Assembly: GCF_009914755.1 (NCBI RefSeq)
Contig: NC_060928.1
Strand: one strand, 5' to 3'
Length of the DNA stretch: 64,000 nt
Origin: the human T2T-CHM13v2.0 reference genome, Homo sapiens
The stretch's first letter is position 1; every line of letters starts with the position of its first letter. This document shows positions 13,760-31,672 of this stretch, in pieces. The notes beneath the pieces are model-generated. The model was not told the origin of the DNA. It saw only the letters and a list, made by a program, of their open reading frames with translations, and did no database searches. Position numbers and translations under genes: made by a program.

Positions 13760-14420
13760 TCACAAATGTTGGGAAAAGTGGAACCCCTATTACACTACTG
13801 GTGGCATAATAAATTTCTACGTCATTTCAATGGAGAAATTTATTCCATCCTATTTAAATATGTGTGCAATTTGACCCATATATTTCATTTCTAATCATCA
13901 TTATTGAAAAATATAGTCTTACATACTCTTTCCTTTATATAGAATGCTTATAATAGTATTGCTTATATTGTGAAAAAAGTTAACTAGCAGATTGAATAAA
14001 TAAATCCATGTGACAGGGAATTGGCAGCCACGAACATATTGGTGGTAGATTAATACATAATATATAATAACATTTAATTATTTTGTATATGGCTTATTAA
14101 AATATATAAGTGTAATTAATGACATAATGATAATAAAGTAATTAGAATTAATACTAACAAAGGAAATATGCATGGTATGTTGACAAACTGTTAAATGTGA
14201 AGATAATTACAAAATGTTATTTCATCATGCTTCGGTACAAGTAGAGATGTGTCTATATATTATGCATACCATAATAAAGTGAGGTGAGTGTAGAAAAAGA
14301 CATGCAATATCAGTCACAAAGTTGATGGCAGTATTTATGTTTTGTTGGGGTCACAGAGCTTTATATTTTCTTCTTTTTTATTTTCCAAATGCTCTATTAT
14401 AAATTTATTAAAATTCAAGT
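13760..14420 (+). mobile_element. L1ME-like 3' fragments
   Basis: 'caaatgttggg...gaacccctattacactactggtgg', 'ttgaccca', 'gattgaataaataaa', terminal 'ttatattttc...ttttccaaatgctctat'. Confidence 0.5.
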
Positions 14421-15725
14421 ATTAACTATTCTTTGTATACAGGAGGAAAACTACTATGCCATAAACAAATTTTGGGATAGAAATTGCCAAAATGAATTTT
14501 AGCTTCACTATAAACCCTCAAATGAAACATGAATTTGCATTAAGTTTTCCAAATAGCTGTTAAAGCTTGATTATTTAATATACAAAAACCTTTTTCTGTT
14601 AAGAATGCACATAGTACTCTATGTAGGTGAGATATGGCTAAAAGTTAAAATGTGTTGATTACAAAGCAAAAATTAAATAAAGGAACTCCCTGCAGGACAA
14701 ATCTGAACAGTATTTGAAACAGAAAATTTAACTTGACTTCATATTTAGATCTCTGGGCTAAACCCTATATTTCTTGGTAACCTGCATAACCTCCACTATT
14801 TTGCATTTCAGAGTGAGAAATCCAGCAGCTGTAATCCTATTTTGGCTTTTAACACTTAGAATACTATGTTAAATTCATTTTATATATTTACCCCTTAGTT
14901 ACTCATATATAATGTAATGCTATTACCACTATTTAAAATGTTTAAAAGGAATGAGTAGGGGGGAGATGGTGGATAGGAGACAGCAAACACGTAGCTCCCA
15001 CATGGATGAACAGAATAGCATGTGGAGACTCACACCCTGATATTTCGCTCCAAGAACCACCACAGGAATGTACCAGGAAAACCAAAAGAATTCACATATC
15101 CTTTGAAATAAGCAGCACACCGCTGCAAATTCTGTGACGGGTAAAAAATTGCGAGTTTCCAAAGTGTGAGAAGCGGAAAACCTACCACGGAACACACATC
15201 TGCACTGCGGAATCTGAAAATCCAGATCACAACAGAAAGATTTAACCTTGCCTAGAGATGAAGTGGGTTTAGAGAGTCCCAAGAAATATAAAAGTAAAAG
15301 TAGCAGTGGGAAGTGCCTTGAATACATTCCCAGTCTCCAGCTTGAGCTGTGGGAAGCAACCTCTAACTATATCTCACAGGGGCCCTTGAGAAAGGTCACC
15401 AGTGGAATTGCAGAGGGGTTGTTGGGCAAAGGAAGCTCTCAAATAAAACTGGTAGTGCTTTTGACTAGGCATCGATTTTCCTGAGCAGTGTCTGGGGGAC
15501 AAGTGGGAGCTGCTATGGATATGAGCAAGCTAGTACAGGAGCTCAGAAGTTGCCACTGACAGAGAGGGCAGACAGAAAGAGTTGAGGTCTAAAAGCCAAA
15601 AGCCATGCTTGCTTTCTCAGCAGGGATAGTTCATGGCCTGGATCAAGGGATCAACCCATGGGACATGAGACTGTGAATAGCATCCCTTGAGTTTCAGACC
15701 TCTCCACTGAGTTAGTCTACCCAAA

Positions 15726-16995
<1,270 letters not shown>

Positions 16996-17077
16996 GAATA
17001 TCCTTAAAGCATATATCTCACAGAGCGTATAAAACAATAACACAATGAAAAAGAAAAGTATTAAGGCAACAACTAAC

Positions 17078-20990
<3,913 letters not shown>

Positions 20991-21767
20991 GCTACCAGGA
21001 CAAAAAGGAGTAAGAATGATATAATGGATTTTGGAGATGTTAAGGGTAAGTGTGGGAGGAGAACGAGGGATAAAAGACTACACATTGGGTGCAGTGTACA
21101 CTGCTCGTGATGGGTGCACCAAAATCTCAGTAATTACCACCAAAGAATTTCTCTATGTAACCAAAAACCACCTGTTCCTCAAGATTATTGAAATAAATAA
21201 AAAAAAAGAGGTTATTCTCCCAAGTTCATATAGTTGGGAGATATTGGAACCATTAAACTAATAAGGGTGAAGAGAAAAATAGAACTATGATACGGGATTT
21301 AGTGGTTTTAGACACCTACATTGACGGCAGCTGCCTCGAGGAATGAGATACACAACAGTCCAATGTGTTTCTTACCTCAATTTTGGAGATGCACAACAAA
21401 AAAGTACTTGTAGAATCAAAGCAGATAGATATTTCCCCCACTTAAATGTGAATAAAATATAATTGAGTAGAAGAAAATTAAAAGAGAATAAAAATTATGT
21501 TGTACCTATGACAAAATACTGCTATAAAGAAAATGATAAAAACAAAATATAAGGGATCAAAACAAGTAACTAGAATATAAAAATCAGTTATGAAATTGAT
21601 CAAGGTAGCCATTTCTTGCTATTCCTGTCATTAACTGTCCACTGTTTTTTTCTTTATGGTTTTACTTGTGTTTATGGAGTGAAATGAGGTAAGGAGAAAG
21701 CCCAACTCCAGATCCCTTTTAGCAATATTATTAGATAACTTTATTCAGTTGGGAATGATGTTTAATA

Positions 21768-21868
21768 GATGGATACCCCACAAGCCCTAACTTGACTACT
21801 ATGCAATCTGTGCATGTAACAAAATCGTAGTTGTATCCTGCAAATTTATATGAAAATAAATAAATAAA
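21768..21868 (+). mobile_element. L1MA-like 3' terminal fragment
   Basis: 'aagccctaacttgactactatgcaatctgtgcatgtaacaaaa...ttgtatcc...aaatttata' followed by an AAAT tail. Confidence 0.75.
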
Positions 21869-22379
21869 TGGCATATTTTTTAAAAAGTACTGAATCAGAT
21901 AACATTAGAATTAAAAGAGAGAGAGTTTGGCTTCTTGGGCATATCCTGTGAAAGAACTAGGAGAAATAATTTGTTCAATAAGGAAAGCAGAGCTCTGTAA
22001 GTTTCCTCTTTTATTCAGGGTATTGGTATTTAGGAAGAAATGAAGGGTGTATAAGAGTATTTTTGAATACTGAAAAAAATCAAATATAAGAGTCACTGAC
22101 GAACAACCATTAACTTTTGACTCTCTGCTAACATGAATGTTGCTATATGTATGTGAAGACAATTATTTAAATTAATGAATATGAGCAAAGTCTAGGAAAT
22201 TCTCTCCGTTGAAATGTGATTGACTCGGATTTGCATGACTGCTAAAAATATTACGGAAGTTGGAGCAAGACTTACAATCATCAGACATAGTTAATATATG
22301 TTATAATACTTATCATGGCATTGAGTTACTCACAGTCAGCCAAGGGGAAAACTGTAGGTAGTTGAAATGCTTCCAGAAG

Positions 22380-22800
22380 ACAGCTGCTTGGACATGTCAG
22401 AAACTAATTAAAAAGTACCGGGATGAGCATGACGCTGACAGGCCGAGCTGAACATGTGAGAGCCCTGCCGAGCTTGTGATGGCAGGATCACTAGCAGCTT
22501 ATTCTTTAGTAAGAAAAGCTCTCCATGATTACAAGGGCAATGACAGCCCATAAGGGAGCATCAACCATAAAGCAACTAAAGCCTTCAATGGGAGTCCCCC
22601 TGAGGAACACTAAGCAATAAGGCTTTTGGGTAAACACAGCATAGATCATCATCATGACAGATAAACTCTCTGGAACTGTCTAGTGACAGATTGCTTGTTA
22701 ATGAATAGTTTGTTAATAAGCAGGGCAACTGAGAGTTGAATGTTGATGTTGAGTCAAAGGTCATATCTGTCAATCTGTTTATGCCGAAATGTTTGTCCTT
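22380..22800. promoter_or_regulatory. Candidate enhancer: TGACAG motif cluster in non-repetitive DNA
   Basis: TGACAG at 22436, 22541, 22655, 22684 and CTGTCA at 22767, plus CCATAAA, GTAAACA, TGAGTCA and AAAGGTCA; motif evidence only. Confidence 0.35.
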
Positions 22801-24499
22801 CATGGAGTTGCTACACGTTTTCTTTAAATAAAACATGAAGAAAATGTACATTCTATATTTGAAGCAGATATTAATAGAGGAATTTTCCTTTCACTAAAGC
22901 CTAGAGTAGGCAAGTGCCATATAAACTATAAAATACCCTAGTGTATCATCCAGCCAATGTATACCTTAGATGCAAAGAAAAAATATTCTTTAAAATAATT
23001 TATCTTCTTTAGCCTATCGACATTATAATTACCATGGATAATTTCACTAAGTGGTCTGAGACTTGAAAGTATTCCCAACCAGGAGGTGACTAATGGAAGT
23101 AGAATTTTTGATGAGCTTTAATTGGTTGTTGAGCTTGAGGAGTTATTTGAACTGAAGTAAAATAAGTAATCTCAAATATTTTAAGTCCAAAATGGCCATC
23201 GATATCTACAAGGTCATTGAGTGAATTTATTCACTTAAAAGCTTGGAGAATGCATTTGGATAGAAATGCACGGTGCTGTGTAAAGAGACTTCTTTTGGCC
23301 ATTACAAGGTTTAATGTGCCCAGCTACGATAAACACAGTAACACTTGCTGGCCTGTGTCAGGAAATCCAGCTTTGTTAGTCATGATTCAGCCAGGTTGAA
23401 GATATACATTGAAAACAGTTGGGCAAAAAAAGTTAAGGAAAAAAGACATCACATGTAGATAGATCTAGAAAGGAGCTGATAAGTTGAGGACATCGGTGTA
23501 AAGTTTACCTTTCAGACTACAATGTGGTGGTGCAGAGAGCTTGCTTCACTAGAACTTCTTCCTTTTGATGTATTTGCATGTAACAAATTAATTTACAGCA
23601 ATGTCATATGCATATATCTCCTCTAAATCACAAATTTTTCACTACACAAATATAACCTTTTTATGTATTATCAACAGATCATAAAATTTACTTTAAATTA
23701 ATGTTAAACAATTAGGTAATGTGTACTGTATTTTTCAAGTGCAAAATAGGACTGAATCTGAAATTCCAAAATTTGGTCAGATTCATTCACAAAAGTAGTA
23801 AATTTGTATCCATCTTGGCTGAAATGACTTGACTGAAATGCTAGAGGTAATCCTATTTTCTTTTTCTTTATTATACCTCAGAAATCATTTGTTATGCCCA
23901 TCTTTTGCCAGTGTTAATTGTTGCAGGAGGCAGATACAATACTTCTTTTACTAAGTATTTTTCACAATACTTAGTAAAAATTGTTGGGTATATTATTATT
24001 CTATGATGTAAATGTACTGCCAGTCAGAATGGTTTGGTCACCATATTTGGAAAATTGCAAGTGGTTTTGAAAATAATTTTAAAGTACGTATTTCAAAGTA
24101 CTGTTGACTTCGTACTCACAAGCAATGGAATGGGAAATTAAAAACATCACAGCCACAAGCAGAGGTAAGATTTTGATAACCTTGGAAGAGGATGCATAAT
24201 GGATACTTTTGTGCTTAGATATACCAGAAACATATATTGATAATCTGTAAGTAGTGTCTATTGGAATAAGACCTGCAAGAGTCTCCAAGATGAGAAATTA
24301 AAATGGAATTAAGAAAGACCTTCACCCCATCTACTCCTTTTAGAAGAGATGGTAAAAATTATAAACCACCTTAGTCATTAATGTTAGTGGTCAGTCAGTC
24401 AGATGATGAGCTATTGTTTGTGTGCTTTGTTAAAAGTGATTTATTTCTATGTCTTCATTAATATTTGTGATTGAAAAAATGTTCAAAACATAGAATAAA

Positions 24500-24744
24500 T
24501 TAAATCCAGTATTTGATAGCACAACAGGGTGAGAACAGTCAACAATAATTTAGTTATTTTAAAATAACTAAAAGAATGGAATTAGAATGTTCCTAACACA
24601 AAGAAATGTTAAATGCTTGATGTGATGTACCCCATTTACCCTGATGTGATTATTACATATTGTGTGCCTGTATCAAAACATCACAGGTACCCCATAAATA
24701 CATACAGCTGCTATGTACCCATAAAAATTTAAAAAATAAAAAAA
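24500..24744 (+). mobile_element. L1MA2/3-like 3' end, 5'-truncated
   Basis: 'gtatttgatagcacaacagggtga...taccccatttaccctgatgtgattattac...gcctgtatcaaaacatc...ctatgtacccataaaaattt' plus A tail. Confidence 0.88.
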
Positions 24745-25017
24745 CCCTAGAAAAGCAATGCGTTAGAATCTTAACTTGGGCTTTCCCCTTTTTTTCCAAT
24801 CACAAATACTAATAAAGACATAGAAATAAATCTCTTTTAACAAAGCACACACACAAATCATGGAATACTGAGAAGGAAATGTGTCCCAGTAGAGTGAAAT
24901 TTCTGGCTGATGTAACTGAAAGCTAAGATTTTAATCTATCTGTGACAGGCTCTGAAATCCCTGACCTTTATTTTTACTCCATCATTGCATGTCTAAATAA
25001 TTATAACCATCACTCTC

Positions 25018-25200
25018 AATTATTACATGCCTACTGTGGCCAAACACCTTGTGTTTATGGCTGCTAATTCACACAGTGGTTCTGTGAGGTGGACAGTATT
25101 ATTCTATTTACATAGGAGAAAATGGATATTCGTGGGATTTAACTTGACCCACGTCTCATAGCTAGAGGGGGCAGAGCTAAAATCCAGCTCAGTTGTCTCA
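25018..25200 (-). mobile_element. MIR SINE
   Basis: 'ctgtgaggtggacagtattatt...tttacataggagaaaa...aacttgaccc...catagctagagggggcagagct'. Confidence 0.7.
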
Positions 25201-25205
25201 TTGCC

Positions 25206-25270
25206 TTGCCTTTCAGGAACTTGCCTCTCAGGAACTTGTATCTTGCCTCTCAGGAACTCGAACTCAGGGA
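25206..25270. repeat. Short tandem repeat of ttgcctctcaggaac (3 copies plus a partial)
   Basis: Units at 25206-25220, 25221-25235 and 25243-25257. Confidence 0.85.
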
Positions 25271-26561
25271 AATTAATGTTTGAAGAGTTTTCTGTAATTT
25301 TTCAAATAAATGAAAATGATAGTATTTTAGGAAGCAGACTAATTTTATAATTTTCCTTTATGCCGACATGCAATAAAACAAATTGAAACTTTGTCAGAGA
25401 AATAATTTGACAATTCTGTTTAGCTTTTGAAGGCAAATTTCTATTAATCTTTTCAGAACGAATTAAAAACAAAGAATAACTCATTAAGTGGAAGCTCATT
25501 AGCACTTGGCTTAGAGAGTTGAGTCGTCCCATAAAGACCAGAGTTTGCAACAGTTTAGCAATTATTTGTGCAATGCCACATCCTGCCAGGGATGAACTGC
25601 TTCAAGGGTCACCGGAAGGAGACACTCATTGTTAGAGAAGGCTTTTGAGTGAAAAAAGTTTCATCTTTAAAATGATGACTCAATCAATAATCAATAGAGA
25701 CTGGGAGTTGGAGCATAATCACAACAGGAGCCACTTAACCTGAGTGATTACAGTGATTGTCAATTTTATCTCTGAGATAATGATATGGGGGAAGAAAAGA
25801 ACCTAGATCTGAATCAGCAGTTTCACTTAGGGAAATGCTAACAATTGGGAAAAAAGACTTCTAGGCATAAATTATAGTTTTAAAAACTCCTTCAAAATGA
25901 GACCTGGTCCTCTTAATGTATTTCAGTTATTTAAACTTTATTAGTGTGTAATGCTGCCACTGAATGTCAAAGATATATGAGGTTGCTCAGGAATGCCTGG
26001 TATGGTCTTTGATTGTGGGCTACAGGAATTTATTCAAAGGGGACTTTTGGAACAAGACTTAAAAACATCTAAGGGCAGGCATAAATAAGGCACAGGGAAG
26101 GACCTTCCCAAAACCCTTTCTTCTTTTCTGAATAGAGAGCAAGAAGTGGAAACAATTTTATTCATCATCATTCTAGTTATTTATTTGGCAAGTTTATAAC
26201 AGCAAATTAGTAAGCCAGGATATAGATATTCCTATAGTTCTCACTATAAGGGCAGCAAGATGTTTGTTCAAATAAACTATCCCTGAAACTTCATTTTTCT
26301 ATGCCTCCTTTTTTGTTGCCTTTAAATTTTTACCTTTAAGACAAGATTAGAACAAATAAAACCATTTGAACAAATGAAAAGCTGTTTTACTGTTTTTGAT
26401 TAAGAAAGCTCAACATAGTAATGTTAATTCTACTAAAGAAAATCTATAGATTTGCTGCAATACCGATAAAAATAACAGCATTTTTTTCCCTGAAATAAGA
26501 CAGGTTGATCTTCTTGAATTTAATATGTATATTTTATTTATTGCAGAATAGGATGTTATTG

Positions 26562-26677
26562 TTTATTTATTTATTTTTTAAGGCTAGTCAAGTGAAATAG
26601 TAGGAGTGGAAGAGGAACAAATAAATCTGTTAACTTGTGATCAATTTGTTGTAAATATCACTGCACTTGGACCAGCC
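26562..26677 (-). pseudogene. Y RNA (hY3/RNY3) retropseudogene
   Basis: Minus strand reads GGCTGGTCCAAGTGCAGTGATATTTACAACAAATTGATCACAAG...CACTTGACTAGCCTT followed by an A-rich tail; collinear with hY3 over its whole ~100 nt. Confidence 0.93.
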
Positions 26678-26699
26678 TGCATGTGTTTTTATTATGCAA

Positions 26700-27060
26700 A
26701 TATAAATATCTTAGCTATTATATTCTTAATCTTACTTTTTAAACTAAGCACTATATTTTTAAGTTCAAGGCATATAATTCTTTCTATACATCTAATGTGT
26801 TGCTTATAACTGTTGCATAATACTCCATAGCGTACATGCACCAAATTTAATCTATCTACTCTGCCAAACAGGGGCAGCTACATTGACTAGAATGCCTTCC
26901 TGCCAGATGTAATGCTGTGACAATATCCTGGTACATTATGCAGTTAAGCATTTCTATGTAATATATATCTAAATGTATATTTTCTGGTCTACAAATGTGC
27001 CAGAATATTCTTCACAATGGCTCTATCAATTTACATTTCTATTACTTAAATATTTCTAGA
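26700..27060 (-). mobile_element. L1ME-like fragment
   Basis: 'ataactgttgcataatactccatag', 'aatgctgtgacaatatcctggtacat', 'ctatcaatttacatt'. Confidence 0.5.
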
Positions 27061-27079
27061 ATCTATACTCTTGTTTTAT

Positions 27080-28880
27080 TCCATTGCTGTTAACTTTGTT
27101 TAGGTCCTGAATTACATAGATAATACACTCCAAGTTAGTTTTCTATATGCTGTCTTATCTCTTCAGATTCATTTCCATACCAGTGCCAGAGTGATCATTG
27201 CAAAGCATGTATTCTAGTATCTTGTCTTGCTTTCTCTCTTTCTGTGGATCTTTTACAAAATCTTTGTATTATAAGTAACTCCTTTAAAACTTTCTAACTC
27301 CTCACCCCCCAACCCACCAGCCTCTGCCAAACACAAACAGACAAACCTAAATGGCTATTAACCAAGCCATTGTAATTGTCTTGTATTCATGATTAAGTAA
27401 ATATTTATTACTTTATTTAATAATTTATTTCTAATATTATTAATATGTTCTAGACAATATGCTAGTCAGAGAGTATGTAATCAAGAGTTAGCTAAAGAGG
27501 GTCTGTTTTCTCATAGAACTTACATTTTACTTTGGGAAACTGGTAATAAGCAAGTAATCAACAACGTAAAACAAAATATTACAGTGCTCAAGTCCAAACG
27601 TGTATATAATCGCATTCTTTTCTTAATATTCTTTATATACGGTACCTCCTTCTTGATAATTCCATTCATTTTTCATGTGGTGTTTCTCCTACTCTATTGG
27701 CATAGCTTTAATTTGTTTTTCTCATTGCAAAATGTTTAAGGGACTATAAAAGGAATGATAGTTCAATGTCCAGCATATATATCATAGAAAAGTTACCCAA
27801 TACATTTTTGCTGAAGTAATTAGTATATAAAATAATCTGTTAGGATATAATTGCATATTTTATTAATTACCTGTTATATGCTTAACACTCTGCTAGACAT
27901 TACGGTAAATGCATCAAAAAATGATAAGTTATCCTTTTTAGGAAGGTTATAATCTACTTCTAGAAACAACTAAAGGTCATAATACTATCTTCTAAATGCC
28001 AAAATACTGTAGAAAAAAGAAAAGATAGCTATGTATAACAGTATGCAAAAGTGTTAGTGATAAGTTGGAGATTAGTGAGCTTTAAAATCTGAGTAGAATT
28101 TAGGCAAGCAGGATATAAAATGAGTTCATTCTAAGCATTCTAAGGGTGAAAATGTATAGAGGTTCCCTAAGCATGGCATTTGAGAAACACATGGAGCTCT
28201 GTGTAATAAACTTGGACTGAGTCCAGAGTATGTTCTAGGGCTTGGGTTAGTTAGTCTCTGTTAGTACAATGATAAACCCAAAGGCTAGTTGTGAGACCAT
28301 TTTGACTTGTGTGGTTAATTCAAGATGGAGAGTGAGAAGATAAGAAGTAGGTCTGATAAAGTGTCATGGTGTGCATATGTGTGTGAGTGTGTGTGCTTGA
28401 GAGTGAGGGGTGTGTGTGTGTGTGTGTGTGTTTGTGTGTGTGTTCTTGAAAGCCAAGCAACACACCTGAGTGTTTTCTTTGTAGACAATATGTTTGAAGC
28501 TAAGACATGATAAAATCCATGAAAGAAAAAATAAGCTGTATCATAGGTGTGCACAAAGAATATTAGATATGAACAATTAAAATGAAAGCTACCAGTTAGG
28601 AAACCATTTTCAGTGGTAGAAGCTTTTTATATTATGGGAACAGTGGAAATATGAAGGAAAGAACAGATGCTAGAGTTATTTTTAAGAAATATGTCATGCC
28701 TGATAGGGTATTAAGACTAAAGTACAGACATGAGCTAAAATCGCCCAAAGATTTGCATTTTTAGGGCCTAGAAATTGGTTACCAAAAACATATAACATTT
28801 TTTCTTGGAGAAAATGGTGTGTTTATTTTTATACACACTGAATTGAAATGGAAATGTTCTGTAGTTAGCTGAACATATGT
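27080..28880. mobile_element. Cluster of L2 fragments on both strands
   Basis: 'tgccagagtgatc' (+), 'taagtaaatatttatt...ctcatagaacttacatt' (-), 'ccagttagg', 'tggaaatgttctgtagttagctgaa' (-). Confidence 0.45.
28378..28443. repeat. (TG)n microsatellite, imperfect
   Basis: Directly visible. Confidence 0.9.
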
Positions 28881-29487
28881 GAAAAGTGAAAAAAAAGAGT
28901 TACAATAAAAGAAAATGCCAATATAAATAAAATAAAAAGGATAAAAGGAAACCAGTATATTTTATGCATCACTAGGCTGAATATATTTGTTAATGCACCA
29001 CGGCCTTTTGAATGTGTATATACATATTTTCTACTTCCTATGTTTCACGCTTAATGTACTAAATTTATATATTTTACAGCCAAAACTTGTTCTAATAAAA
29101 CTATTTTTAACATTTAATACTAATCACAAATTTAATTTCTTAAATTTTCTTAAAACTTAATTTTGCAATGACACTTATTTTGTCTGATTTTTAAATTTCC
29201 CTAATATTTTGAACAATAATAAACCCACATTATGTGAAAATACTTAAACAAAAATGTGTTCTAAACTATAATACCATTGGTTTAATCCATGTTATCTTTT
29301 TCTTTGTTCAATTTTATACTCCCTTGGAACTTAGAACCTTCTTACTATGATACTTTCCAGGTAAGCTTAAAGAACCCCTCCCCCGCGAGAAAAAAGACCC
29401 TCTCAGTTCAGATCGTATTATTTACGTGAATTATCCTAAATATTTTAAATCTGATTCATGTTTCCTAGATCAGCTTTCTTTCTAGAG

Positions 29488-29822
29488 CACTGGTCCCCAA
29501 CCCTCAGGCCATGGACCAGTAGTGGTCCGTGTCCTGTTAGAAACTGGGCTGCACAGCAGGCGCTGAGTGGTGGGAGAGTGAGCGTTACTGCCTGAGCTTC
29601 ACCTCCTGTCAGATCAGCGGTGGCATTCAATTCACATAGGAGCAGGAAGCCTATTGTGAACTGCGCATGTGAGGGATCTAAGTCCTGTGCTCCTTATAAG
29701 ATTGTAATGCCTGATGATCTGAGGTGGAACGGTGTCATCCCAAAACCATCCTCCCCTCCATCTGTGGAAAAAATTATCTTCCACAAAACAGGCCCCTGGT
29801 GCCAAAAAGGTTGGGGATCACC
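29488..29822 (+). mobile_element. MER1B hAT-Charlie DNA transposon
   Basis: 'ggtccccaaccc...cctgttagaaactgggctgcacagcagg...cctcctgtcagatcagcggtggcatt...cctggtgccaaaaaggttgggga'; ~335 bp; preceded by the Charlie-type target ttctagag. Confidence 0.92.
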
Positions 29823-31599
29823 AGAGTACACATTACTTGTTTGATAAGTAAGACTCTTAAACCTAATCCTTTCATTTAAACCTTAGGTTATCACGTGATC
29901 TTGCCCCTCCCTCTCTCCTTCTGTCACTAAATGTTTTATTTTTAATGGGCATAACTCATTTCCTTGTCAACCTAATGTACCTTCCTGATTTATTATTATT
30001 TCAAAAAATTACCAATGCCTTGTTAATACCAAGCATGTCCTGGGAGATAAGGACCTTTGTGCCTTTAGTCCCACTCATTAGGACACTGAGCTAATGTGTT
30101 ATCTTGAAATACACTATTGAGCACTCTATTTCATTAACGTGTAAAAACTGTTCCTGACTCAAGTCATGGAAAGAGCTACCTTGCAAGGATTCCAGTTGGT
30201 TTTGGCTGAATAATAATATAAAACATGATCTGCATAGTGGATACGCATGTGCACTGGTGGATGCACACTAGTAGTAGTGCTGGTACTTTTGGGACACTTC
30301 TACCATCATAAAGTGGTAGGATGTATACTGCCAAGATTATGAGTTCATCTTGAGTTTTCTAATTCTACATCTAATGTTAACCCCATCCTTATCGTCAGGG
30401 TTTCATCCACATGAAGGCTTTCCTCCTATACTCACAATCTTCATCATATGTACCATCTGAATAAAAGTTGAGAACAGTATTCAAGAATTTGATAAAACAG
30501 AACGACAAAACTTGGTTTCTCTCTTTAGTAATTGATCAATGTTAAACGGAAAGAGACAGGAAGATTGGATAGTAAAGAAATGAAAATGGCAGTCACATCA
30601 TGTATTTCAAAGGCAAATTGGCGAGAAAGAGAAATACTAAGGATACCCATGCACATGGAAAGGCAGAAGAGAATTGCCCAATAGGGAGATCATGCTGGAA
30701 AACTCTGGAAAGGGGATGGTCAAAACCTAAGATATGGGGATTAAGTGAGATCTAGAGAAAAAAATAAGAAACTGGCTTTGTAGAATAGCGTAAACAAATG
30801 TTTCAGTATAGAGTCATAAGTATTATAAAGTTAGATGTGAGGCTAAGATAGAGATAAAGTACTATTCTCTTGGTGAAGAATCTGCTAAGATTTTAAAAAG
30901 AAGTTTGGAGAAAGGTGTGGAAAATATTCTTTTGCTTATGAAATTTTTAAATGAAAATAAAAGTTTGCTAGGAAGAATAGCTTAAGATAGAATAAACGCA
31001 CTTTTCAAAGGTTGAGTTTTGGATTTGCCTCTTTAATCAACAGTAATTGTTTGATCAAAAACAGTCACAGAAAAAAGTACAAGAGTACAGCATTGAAGCC
31101 CAGATGTTTATACTTGCCAGATATCCTTCCAACTGTCTATGTGAAGCTGAAATTCAGTAAACAGAGCTTTGATTATCTTTATGTGTTAATAATAACCTGA
31201 CTATTGCAACTGATTTTTAATCAGAATCTCCTAAAGACGTTAAAAAGAATACACCAGGTATAACACATCAGGAATCATTCAGTTCCCTGAAGGCCTGTTT
31301 AGGAAATGTTTGTGATTGTGCCAATTACATTGGAATTGCATTGGGTTTTAGTGTTAATTTTAATGGACCAAAGTCTAATCCCCAAAGAAACTTTGAGTTA
31401 TTTTTCAACTCTCTTATTCTAAGAAAGGTTTAAGACATCAAGATGGTGAATTTGCTTTCTGAACTTGTTCCATTAAGTTGTTTAATTATTGGAGAAATCT
31501 GACTCAACTAATGATTTATAGCTGCTACTGATACAACAAAAACATGAGATAAAATAATTGTTTCTCCATGTTATTTTATCAGTAGAACTGTTTTGTATC

Positions 31600-31672
31600 C
31601 CTTAATTTCATTTATCTATAATGTTACCTGGCAAATAATAGGCACTCATCAGTATTCGTTGAATGAATAAAT
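31600..31672 (+). mobile_element. L2 3' tail fragment
   Basis: 'cctggcaaaataataggcactcatcagtattcgttgaatgaataaatg'. Confidence 0.6.

Noticed and set aside
14935-14960. TSD for the L1PB
   Set aside because: The 5' flank (aaaaggaatgagtagg) and 3' flank (aaaagaggttattc) share only A-rich bases.
25201-25270. CRISPR-like repeat array
   Set aside because: Primate DNA, directly abutting 15-bp units, no spacers and no cas genes.
29890-29899. Palindromic E-box ATCACGTGAT
   Set aside because: Single motif without context; not enough to call a regulatory site.
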